DNA of 64,000 nt from an uncultured Methanosarcinales archaeon. GTDB lineage: Archaea; Nanobdellota; Nanobdellia; Woesearchaeales; UBA583. The position numbers and the translations under genes are program-made. This document shows, piece by piece, positions 46,788 to 56,000 of the stretch. Under the pieces are notes generated by a model that was not told where the DNA came from, searched no databases, and saw nothing but the letters and a program-made list of their open reading frames with translations. Numbering within the stretch: position 1 is the first letter of the stretch; the number at the start of each line of letters is the position of its first letter. The DNA lies in NCBI GenBank assembly GCA_964621065.1, contig CAZULG010000005.1, positions 108 to 64,107 on the forward strand, written 5' to 3'.

Positions 46788-47758
46788 TTTTTTCCCTCCA
46801 AAGTAAATTTTGAATACTGAGAAATATCATTTTCTTTAATGAAATTTCTATAGTATGATTGAATAAATACAAATATCTCCTCTTTAAAACTTAAAATCTC
46901 TTTTAAGAAAAATTGAGAATACTTTTTATTATATTCCTTCTTAATGAAATATTGACCATTTTTCTCATAAAAGTCATTTCTATCAATTTGTTTTAAATTA
47001 AATCCTTTTCTAATTTTTCTATCAATAATACATCTAAACGGTTCAATAATATCACAAACTAACGATTTACGTTGATAAAATAATGTGTGATGAACTCCAT
47101 AATACGTATCAAATCCATATAATTCTAAATTTGCTTCAATAAAATTAAATAAATAATGATAACCAATATCTAAAAGTAAATTGAAAATATCCTCTTTTGC
47201 TCGTGGTCTTCTTCCTTTAAAATCCAAATTTTTAAAATACACTTTGAAAAATAACTTTGAAGCATTTCCTTCAATTCCTAACATCTCCTGATTAGAAGAA
47301 CAACTATTAATTTGAGAAATTAAAAATTTCATTTTATCAATATGTAATTTCTCCTGAGTTGTTTTATAACGCAGAGATTTCATTAAATATAATTGATTTT
47401 CAACTTTATTTGAAATTAAAAATTTAGAAATTTCTAATTTATTAACATCCAAATACTGCTTTTTTCTCAATAAAAAATTTCCTTTATTTTCAGGAATAAC
47501 ACTATAATACATTTTCAAATTAAAATTTAAAAAGATAATTGGAAAAGAAAATCTCTTAGCTTGTTTAATCAATACAGAAGTAATTGAAAACTCTCCATAA
47601 ATAAACACTAAAAATATTTTATGACAAGAATGCTGTAAAATCGTTTTATTATTCTCATCAACTACAACTAAATTAGAATTTCTAAATTTAATTTTCTTTG
47701 AAGAATCACTATCAATAAATAATAGTTGTTTTGACATAAAATCAGGTCTTGACATCAT
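46784..47758 (-). CDS. cas1: CRISPR-associated integrase Cas1
   Basis: GIEGNASKLFF, NLLLDIGYHYL and GVHHT...LVCDIIEPFR are the conserved Cas1 E, N..L..GY and H...D/E boxes. Length 324 aa. Confidence 0.9.
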   Translation of the reverse strand: MMSRPDFMSKQLLFIDSDSSKKIKFRNSNLVVVDENNKTILQHSCHKIFLVFIYGEFSITSVLIKQAKRFSFPIIFLNFNLKMYYSVIPENKGNFLLRKKQYLDVNKLEISKFLISNKVENQLYLMKSLRYKTTQEKLHIDKMKFLISQINSCSSNQEMLGIEGNASKLFFKVYFKNLDFKGRRPRAKEDIFNLLLDIGYHYLFNFIEANLELYGFDTYYGVHHTLFYQRKSLVCDIIEPFRCIIDRKIRKGFNLKQIDRNDFYEKNGQYFIKKEYNKKYSQFFLKEILSFKEEIFVFIQSYYRNFIKENDISQYSKFTLEGKK

Positions 47759-48309
47759 TTTTTATAATAATCACACAATTCCTTGTAAATACACATTTCA
47801 CATTTTTTAGGATTTTGAGAAAATAAGGTGTCAAATAAATCAAAACTTCTCATTTGTGAAATAACTTCTTTCAATCGTCTTTTATTCTCATCAGTTGGTA
47901 AATCAATTGAAATTTTAGAATTATTTTTCATAGAATAAAAACTCAATTTCTCAACCTCATAACCCATTTCAATTAAACAAAAATATTGACTCCAAATTTG
48001 TAAATAATATCCTTCATAAATAGTTTTAATAACATTCTTTCTCTCAATGAGTTCTTTATTATCTAAATCTAATAAATCAATTTTTCCAATAACTCCTAAC
48101 TCTTCACTATAAATATCAATTCCTTGTAATATATTCTTTTTTGATGAATATGTTTGAGTATCTACATTCTTATGAGCATCTTTTCCTTTTTGTTGATATG
48201 TTGAGTGAAATACTTTTTCATCAAATTGATAATACAAATTATGAAAATAAATTGAACGAGGACAGAAAATAAAGTCATTTAAATTAGAGATAATGATATT
48301 TTCCTCCAT
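47755..48309 (-). CDS. cas4: CRISPR-associated exonuclease Cas4
   Basis: N-terminal Cys (FIFCPRSIYF) plus a C-terminal CEMCIYKELC four-Cys cluster. RecB-type IDLLDL...ELIERK and YLQIWSQY (QxxxY) motifs. Confidence 0.9.
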   Translation of the reverse strand: MEENIIISNLNDFIFCPRSIYFHNLYYQFDEKVFHSTYQQKGKDAHKNVDTQTYSSKKNILQGIDIYSEELGVIGKIDLLDLDNKELIERKNVIKTIYEGYYLQIWSQYFCLIEMGYEVEKLSFYSMKNNSKISIDLPTDENKRRLKEVISQMRSFDLFDTLFSQNPKKCEMCIYKELCDYYKK

Positions 48310-48311
48310 TT

Positions 48312-51300
48312 TTATTTTTTTAAATAATTGAGATTTCTAAATGTTTTAATTCCAATTTGATATGCTCCATTATTATCACCAGTTTCAATAAAATTAATAT
48401 TTTTTAATTTTAGACTATGTTTTATAGTGGAATCATTTGTAGAATCATAACCACACTCATTACAGATTAATTTATCTCCGTTTTTAAAAAGTCTTTTAGT
48501 TTTCAAACTATCACAATTGGGACATTTCTTAGATGTATAACTAGGATCCACAAAAAAAATTCTTCCAAATTGTTTATATTGTAAATCTGCTTTTTCAATT
48601 CCAATATTTTCATAATTTTCAACACTTCTAAAAGGAGGAACTAAATGCAATATTTCACTATTCTTATTTGGAATTTTAAATAATTTTTTTAACAATTGCA
48701 TTTCAAAATAATGATAAGTTCCAAGACCTGCTAATTTTGCATTTGCAACTTTCTTATAATCAACATCACTTTCTTTTGAATTATCTTTATAACTTTTTTC
48801 TAGTATAATCCCATTTAAGCCATCAATATAGCTTACCCAACATTTTGATAAATTTTCAACAGAAATATAAATATTGTAGTTATACTTTTCAATAAAATAA
48901 TTAATTACACCTATCATATTTGCAGTAATACCTTTTTTTAATCCATCAGCAGAATCTAATTCTATTATACGATTAATTTCTTTTTCTCTATCTTTTTCAG
49001 AAATATTTTCATCAGTCATAACTTCTTTAAAGTTATTTAATAAATCTAAAATTTCTTTATGATTTAAATTTTCATATTTTTCTCCAACTCCAAAAGCAGA
49101 TATTAAAGTACTTTCTTTTAATTTTTTAATTTTTTCACAATCATCATTACTATTTGCAATTCTTAAAATTAAATCTTTATTTTCTTTGTTTTGCATTTGA
49201 TATTGTAATTTTCTTCTATATGCTAGTTGTTTTAATTTAATATTTTGATTATTTTCTTTTAAATTATCTTCTTCAAATCCTTTAAATCTGTCTTTTTTAA
49301 CTTTTATTTTACTTAAATCAACTAATACTTTTTCTCCTTTAATCGTTGTTTCAACTCTTAAATTTGTTAAATCCAAAATATTTCTCTCTTCTAAAAAAAT
49401 ATGCTCCCAAATCTTTTTTTCAGTATCAAAACTTCTTGTGTAAATATAAAAATTTCCTTGTATTTCACCATCTTGATTTAATATACATAAAGTAGCTAAG
49501 CACTTTTCTCCTCTATCAATACCTAAAATGTAAAAAGGTTTATTTTTAATAAAACTGTTTTCATTAAATATTTTAATTTCGTTTATTAAATTTCTTTTTT
49601 TATATAATTCTAAAACCTCTTTCTTTGAGAATCCTTGATTTTGTGGAACTATTTCACATAAAAATTGAGCATTTAATTGAAATCTAGAATATCTTTTACC
49701 ACTAGGATAATTAGGAGTTGAAAATCTATAACTTAAATCAATTTCTGGATGTAGTCTATAATTAAGACTATTTTCATCAAAAATTAAATTCCAATCCTTT
49801 GTAAATTGATTTTTTAAATTTTTTTTTTGAGAGATTAAATTTTGATTTACAATAGGAAAAATAAAACAACCTTTATCTTTAATTAATTCATTTACTTTTT
49901 CTTTTGAGAGATTAAATTTCTTTAAAATATATCCTTTTTTATCAATTTCTTTTTCAATATCTTCATAAAAATTACAATTAGAAAAATTAAAATTAAATTC
50001 ATTCCAATATTGAATTTTTGCCATAGTTGATTCTTGTAAAGAATTTTTTAATATATTTAAAAAATATTTATTTTTTTTAGTTTTGTCCCAATTAATTTTA
50101 ATTTCATTAAAATCATAGTCTAAATTAAATTCTTTATATGCTCCTTTATTTTTAATAATTTTAATTAAGGTTTTAGATGTCAAAGATTTAACATAAAATC
50201 CTTTTAGGTTCCCATTATTTTTTTTAAGTAAATCTTTATATAAAATATCTTTATAATTTTTAGGAATTGTTAATACATATTTATCTTTGTTTTCATCTTC
50301 TATAACTATCCCTAAATCCTCAATTTTATTTATTTCATATCTCTCATTTAGCTTATCTCTTAACTCAGAAAATTTTTTTCCATAATCTTGTGAAAGAGTT
50401 TTAAATATTTGTGTTAATTTTTTATATTCTTTAATATTATTTTTTTGCTCACCTCTTTTAAGACCTAACTTTTGTTTTGCTTTATTATAATCTTTGTATA
50501 AATCAGAATTATTTTCTTTATTATTTATTCTACCCTCATCACTCAAATTAATCCAACTAATAATATTTTTATTTATACTGCCAATATCATCATTTTTATT
50601 AAAAGCAGGAATTTTTTTGTTTTGATTAATCTCAATTTTAAATTCTTTTAACTCATTCAATATTTCTTTAACTTTTTGTTTATATTCTTCTAAGTTTTTA
50701 TTTCTATTTTTGAAATTATTATTATAATCGATATTTTTTAATTGATCTTTTAGATACGAAAGTTTTGAAAATAAAATAAAATTATCATTACTCTTAATAT
50801 TAATCTCAAAGTTAGTTTTTAAAAAATTTTCACATAATTCTCTATCAAAACTTACTTCATAATATTCACTTTTAGCTAAATTCTCCCAAGCATAATCAAA
50901 AGCTAATTTTATAGGGTAATTATTTAAATCAAAAACTTCTTTTTCCTCGTTATATTCTTTTCCAATTTCAATATTTTCTCCAATATTATTTAAAATTGTA
51001 TAAATTTCATCTTGATTTAAATTTAAATCTTGTTTATAATTTTCCTCTAAAAATTTTGAAAGCTCATATTTAACAATCGGTTTTAATGGTTTAGATTTAA
51101 ACAATTGAATTGATTGAATTAAAATATTTAATTTTGCTTTTTCTTCTTTATCATTTTTTTTATAGACTGAATTTTTAAAATGTTCTATTTTTTCATTTTT
51201 ATTTAAAAAAAAATTTCTAATTTCAAATTTATTTTTACTTTTTAAGCTATTTAATAAATCAATTAATTTTAGTTCAGAAATAATATCTTTGATTTCCAAA

Positions 51301-52139
51301 TTATAATTTTCAACCTTTTTCTCTAAAGTATAAGGGTTCAAAGTAATTTTTTTATAAAATGAATTCCCTCCATAATATTTAAATAAATTTTTCAATTCTT
51401 CAATTTGGTTTTCTAATTCAATTCTTAATTCATCATTAACACCAAAGTATTTCCAATTATTTTTTTTATTTTCATATAAAAAGTTCAAATCTAGAAAAGT
51501 TATACTCTTATCATTTAAAGGTTTTAAAATTTCATTTGCTATATTAAATATAGCTAAACTTTTTTTTCTAAAATCAACTAAATTTGGTTTTTGATTTGAT
51601 AAATTATTTTTAAGAGTTAATTCATATTTTTGAATCTCAAATTCCAACTCCTTTTGCAATTTTTGAAAATAAAAAAAATTCTTATTCCAATAATTTGTAA
51701 TTTTATCTTTATTTAATAATGAATTTAAAGAAGTATTATCAGAATAAATTATTCTTACACATTTTTTTTGTTTTTTAGAATATTTTTCCTTTGGAATATC
51801 AAATAAACATTTTCTTCCAAGAATTCTATAATACTCTTTAATTATGAAAAGTTTATCACTTCTTATATAAATATTTCTCCATTCCTTATAAAAAGAATTA
51901 ATTTTAGTTATACAATCTTTAACTTCTATAAGTAATTCTTCTTCATTAAAGTCTTTCTTAGTATATAGACTCTCTTTTAATTTATCATAAGTATTTTTAA
52001 TTTCATTTTCTAACACTTTATGAGTGTAATGTGTTTTTTCTTCATTTCTAATATAATTTTTTTCATAATTTAAAGAAAGTGCAAATCTAATTGTCTTATT
52101 TAAACTATATCTATTTTTCATATAACTATATTCTTCCAT
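48312..52139 (-). CDS. Second, divergent type V effector: Cas12a2-like nuclease (Cas12a paralogue with inserted domain and zinc ribbon)
   Basis: N-terminal YSLNKTIRFAL and processing-like LHPEI...SGKRYSRFQLNAQF. RuvC-I ILGIDRGEK (Asp codon 49515-49517), RuvC-II ISVENLSK (Glu 48855-48857), RuvC-III TGDNNGAYQIG (Asp 48375-48377). The D-to-E spacing is 220 aa, against 90 aa in the neighbouring Cas12a. A CPNC...CNEC zinc ribbon (48453-48524) replaces the Nuc region, and there is no LQ(L/M)RNS motif. Confidence 0.75.
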   Translation of the reverse strand: MEEYSYMKNRYSLNKTIRFALSLNYEKNYIRNEEKTHYTHKVLENEIKNTYDKLKESLYTKKDFNEEELLIEVKDCITKINSFYKEWRNIYIRSDKLFIIKEYYRILGRKCLFDIPKEKYSKKQKKCVRIIYSDNTSLNSLLNKDKITNYWNKNFFYFQKLQKELEFEIQKYELTLKNNLSNQKPNLVDFRKKSLAIFNIANEILKPLNDKSITFLDLNFLYENKKNNWKYFGVNDELRIELENQIEELKNLFKYYGGNSFYKKITLNPYTLEKKVENYNLEIKDIISELKLIDLLNSLKSKNKFEIRNFFLNKNEKIEHFKNSVYKKNDKEEKAKLNILIQSIQLFKSKPLKPIVKYELSKFLEENYKQDLNLNQDEIYTILNNIGENIEIGKEYNEEKEVFDLNNYPIKLAFDYAWENLAKSEYYEVSFDRELCENFLKTNFEINIKSNDNFILFSKLSYLKDQLKNIDYNNNFKNRNKNLEEYKQKVKEILNELKEFKIEINQNKKIPAFNKNDDIGSINKNIISWINLSDEGRINNKENNSDLYKDYNKAKQKLGLKRGEQKNNIKEYKKLTQIFKTLSQDYGKKFSELRDKLNERYEINKIEDLGIVIEDENKDKYVLTIPKNYKDILYKDLLKKNNGNLKGFYVKSLTSKTLIKIIKNKGAYKEFNLDYDFNEIKINWDKTKKNKYFLNILKNSLQESTMAKIQYWNEFNFNFSNCNFYEDIEKEIDKKGYILKKFNLSKEKVNELIKDKGCFIFPIVNQNLISQKKNLKNQFTKDWNLIFDENSLNYRLHPEIDLSYRFSTPNYPSGKRYSRFQLNAQFLCEIVPQNQGFSKKEVLELYKKRNLINEIKIFNENSFIKNKPFYILGIDRGEKCLATLCILNQDGEIQGNFYIYTRSFDTEKKIWEHIFLEERNILDLTNLRVETTIKGEKVLVDLSKIKVKKDRFKGFEEDNLKENNQNIKLKQLAYRRKLQYQMQNKENKDLILRIANSNDDCEKIKKLKESTLISAFGVGEKYENLNHKEILDLLNNFKEVMTDENISEKDREKEINRIIELDSADGLKKGITANMIGVINYFIEKYNYNIYISVENLSKCWVSYIDGLNGIILEKSYKDNSKESDVDYKKVANAKLAGLGTYHYFEMQLLKKLFKIPNKNSEILHLVPPFRSVENYENIGIEKADLQYKQFGRIFFVDPSYTSKKCPNCDSLKTKRLFKNGDKLICNECGYDSTNDSTIKHSLKLKNINFIETGDNNGAYQIGIKTFRNLNYLKK

Positions 52140-52149
52140 TTTTCAATTA

Positions 52150-52992
52150 TTATCTCTTATCTTCTCCCAATTTATTACTTTTAATTTCATCAAAATAATT
52201 CTCTTTTGAAACTACTTTTTGTTTTGTTTCTTTTTCTAATTCAACTCGTGCATTTTTTGCAATAGTTCCACCTTTTTTTGCATCTTTATTTAATTTATCA
52301 AAACCTTTTGAATCATTAACTTGAGTAATTTCAGTAGTTGCTCTCTCACCTAACATTGAAAAAATTAACTCTAAATCACTCATATGATCTCTTAAATTTG
52401 CTTTTGTTTTCAAAGGAAAATTCTTAATCTCTTTATGTTCATTAATTGATACTTCAAATGTTGCTTTATGAATTTCATTAGTTAAAATTGCAAAGTCTTT
52501 TGGTTTTTCAATACCTCTATTTCTCCATTCATCAGTTAATTCTTGTCTAATTGCAATTCCTCTAAGTCGTTTATCAATCCAATCTTTTGGATACCCTTTT
52601 AATTCATAATATTCTTTAACCCTATTTTGAGCAAGTTCTGGATTCTCTATTTCTTCAATTCTCTCTTGCCCTAATTGTGCAAGCCACATTTTAAAAGGTT
52701 CAGCTCTTTTTGAAGGAATTGACTGAATAATTCTAAAAGCACCTTTTGTAGTAGTACAATTCATTTTTTGAACTCCTCCTTTTGTTTCAACTTCAAGGAT
52801 ATGGACAATTTGTCCCCACCCTTCAAATAGTCCTAAATCTCTTTTTTTTAATTTATTAATATAATCCTTTACATTAACACTTTGAGTTATAGCATAGACA
52901 ATATCTTCCACAACATACCACCATTCATCATTAAACCAAGTTCTTCTAATTCGTTTATCTTCAAAAACAATAATTTTATTTTTCTCATCCAT
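52150..52992 (-). CDS. Bro-N domain / DinD-like (phage antirepressor-type) protein embedded between the two effector genes
   Basis: The N-terminal IIVFEDKRIRRTWFNDEWWYVVEDIVYAI... is Bro-N-like. The C-terminal LRDHMSDLELIFSMLGERATTEI...GGTIAKNARVELEKETKQKV parallels E. coli DinD as I recall it. I use the ATG at 52992; the track's TTG at 53013 would overlap the cas12a stop. Confidence 0.65.
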   Translation of the reverse strand: MDEKNKIIVFEDKRIRRTWFNDEWWYVVEDIVYAITQSVNVKDYINKLKKRDLGLFEGWGQIVHILEVETKGGVQKMNCTTTKGAFRIIQSIPSKRAEPFKMWLAQLGQERIEEIENPELAQNRVKEYYELKGYPKDWIDKRLRGIAIRQELTDEWRNRGIEKPKDFAILTNEIHKATFEVSINEHKEIKNFPLKTKANLRDHMSDLELIFSMLGERATTEITQVNDSKGFDKLNKDAKKGGTIAKNARVELEKETKQKVVSKENYFDEIKSNKLGEDKR

Positions 52993-53003
52993 TTTTTTTA
53001 ATA

Positions 53004-56000
53004 TTAACTCCAATTTCTTCTAATCATTTCATTTAAAAATTCATTTCTCTCTATTTTTAAGTCATTAAATTTGATTTTTTCTATATCTTCAAATTCTTTA
53101 ATCTTATTTAATACCATTAAACCTTTAAGTCCAATATGATATGCTCCGTTACAATCAGCATTATCAACTTCTTCTTTATTTGCATTTCTTGAATCAAAGA
53201 AATATCCTTTTTTATTTTTTACACAAGATAAAATATAATCTCCTTCTTTCTCAGTAATTTTATTAATTTTTAATTCATTATCTGTATACGAATTTCTAAG
53301 TTGTAAAATTAATTTCAAATTTTTAATTATATTCTCTAAGAAAAATTTATTTTGTTTTACAATATCATCAATTAAATTTTGAGACTCTTCAATTTTAATA
53401 TTAAAATCATTAAATAATTTTTTTAACTCTTCATTGACATTAACAGATTTTGTTGTCCAATTATTATTTTGATTTTTATCTCTACTTTGAACTAATTTAA
53501 TTCCATTTGAATAAATTTTCCAGTCATCCTTAACTAAATCTTTAACTCCAAAAGAAGAATACTTAAATGAGAACTCAAACAAATCTTCATCTTTTAAATA
53601 TCTTATTGAATCAAATTTGTTGATAAAATCTTTTGCTTGACTCTCATTCTCATACTTAGGATATAATCTATTTACAAATGCAGTTTTTGGACAAATTTTT
53701 GAAGTTAAATAAGGATCAATGTAAAATAAAATACCAGTTTGTTTTCCAATATCTTTTAAAACATTGACTTCGGGTGTTAATTGATATGCTTTTAAATTTC
53801 CTCCTATTTCGTCATTTTTTTTGTCTTTAAATACTAAAAAATTTAATTTAGAAATTAACATTTTCTCAAATTTTTCATATACTTGTTTCTCAACTTTAAA
53901 TCTTCCTCTCTTAAACCCATAATTCAAATCTTCTAATACAATTATTGCATTATTTTCAACTGCAATTTTTGAGATTTTGTGAATAATTTGGGACAAAAAT
54001 CCTTCTTTTAGTTCTTTGATTGTAGAAATATTTTGCCAAGACTTTCTTTTCTCATCTCTTTCTTTTTCAAGTTTAGACAATTTCTGATGATAATTAACTT
54101 TCCTATTAAAAGAATCGTTAATTAAGTTAAATGAACCTTTTTCTTTGATATTTCCTTTTGTATCAAGCAATGTATAATACAGTAAATGCCTTTCTCCTCT
54201 ATCCAAACTTAAAATATTAATATTTTTAGAATTTTGTTTAATCACTTTATTAACTTCATTATTAATTCTAACTCTTGAATTTGATTTGAAGTTTAATGTT
54301 ATTGGAACATGAAATAAAACTTTATCTTGAGTATACCTTTTATTTTTACCAATATCGTAAGAAAATAAACTTTCTTCTTTTCCATTAATAGGATCTTTAT
54401 TTTTTGTTGGTAAATTTTTTGGATGAGTTGGTTTATATTCTATTGATTTCTCCCTATAGAAAATTTCAGCCTGTCCATTTAATTTAAATACAACATCCTC
54501 TAAATTTTCTTCAGAAAATAACTCTTCAAAATACATCGTATGAAGATTTTTCTTAGAATTATAATTCTCTTTTTTAATTTTATTTTGAGAAAAATCTTTG
54601 TTATAGATTTGAAATAAGTATAATTTATTCTCTTCAACAAGTTGCTTAATATATTCTTCATTAATTTTTTTGAAATTTAATTGATAACAAGAACTCTCTA
54701 CATCAAAATAAAATTGTGAAATATCTTCATACTCTCTTGATTCTTTCCAATTAAATTTAAAATGTTTATAAGATTCGTGCCTTTGAAATCCAAGTTTAAA
54801 ATAATCAATTAGTTTTACTAAAGATTCTTTGAATTTAGAAAAATTTGTTTTTCTAAATTCTGTTTTAAAATAACCTTTATCATAAATTTCAATTATTTCT
54901 TGAACTGGCAGATTATACTTTTCAACATTTGGTGAAAAATTATCTCCTTTTGATCTAATAAAAAGTCTAGGAATATTTTTATTATCTGGTTTCTGAAAAT
55001 CATAATTGAGGATTTCAAAATTCCCTTTATTGACTGAAAAATCATTTTCATTATTTTCAATTTTCTTAGGAGAGATTGCAATATAATAATTGGTTTTGTT
55101 ATTTATTTTCTTTTTTAAAATTACAGCAGATTTAGTTTCAAAATTTGAATCCCAACCATTTAAAAAACTACTAGATTGAAAATTTAATTTAAATTTTTGA
55201 GTTGAAAAAGGTTTTTGAGAAATATAGTTTCTAACTTTATTATATAGGGGAGTAATTTGAGATATTAAATTTAATAACTCATCATATATCTGATAAAAAT
55301 GTTCATCCCTATACTCATTTTCAAATTTTAATAGTTTCACAAAATGATAATAGTTTTGAAGAGCATCTAAGAATTCTTTAATTACGTTGACAACTTCATT
55401 ATATTTATCTTGAGTTAATTTTTTTTGACTCTCATTTTTAAATTCTTCAAATTTAATTGAATTAAAAGACTTATATGAATCTTCAATATTTTTTAATAAA
55501 TCTATTGATTTATGTTCAACTGAAAACTTAAAATCCTTAAAAAAATCAAATAATGTAATAATTTCATCAGAATCATCTCTTGTTTCTTTAATTCTTGAAA
55601 TTGAGTTTTGAATTTCTTTAAAACAAAAATAATCAGTTTTCAGATATTTCTCAATTTCCTCTTGTTGTTTTTTATTTAACTTCTCAATATCATAATTTCT
55701 TGATTTAATATACTCTCTTTTCAAATCTTCTTTAATTACATTATAATCTCCAAAAATATTTTGAGAAATATCAGAAATAAACTTTCCATTTTTAATTTTT
55801 ATTAGACTTAAATCAAAGTTTTCAGAGTCCAAGTTTTCAAATAGATTGGAAAATTCATCAAATTGATTTTTAGAATTTAAATTATTATAAAATTCATCAA
55901 TTTTTGTTAAAACTTCATAATCTGAATTGAATTTATCAAATGTGAATAAACTTTCTTTATCACTTAAAATTTGATTAAATAAAACTTGTAATTTTGATTT

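Noticed and set aside
54893-55081. Small ORFs inside the cas12a gene (54893-55081, same strand but different frame; 56632-56832, antisense) that might be read as hidden anti-CRISPR or accessory genes.
   Set aside because: They overlap the intact 1290-aa Cas12a frame entirely and look like frame-shadow artefacts. Nothing supports independent expression.
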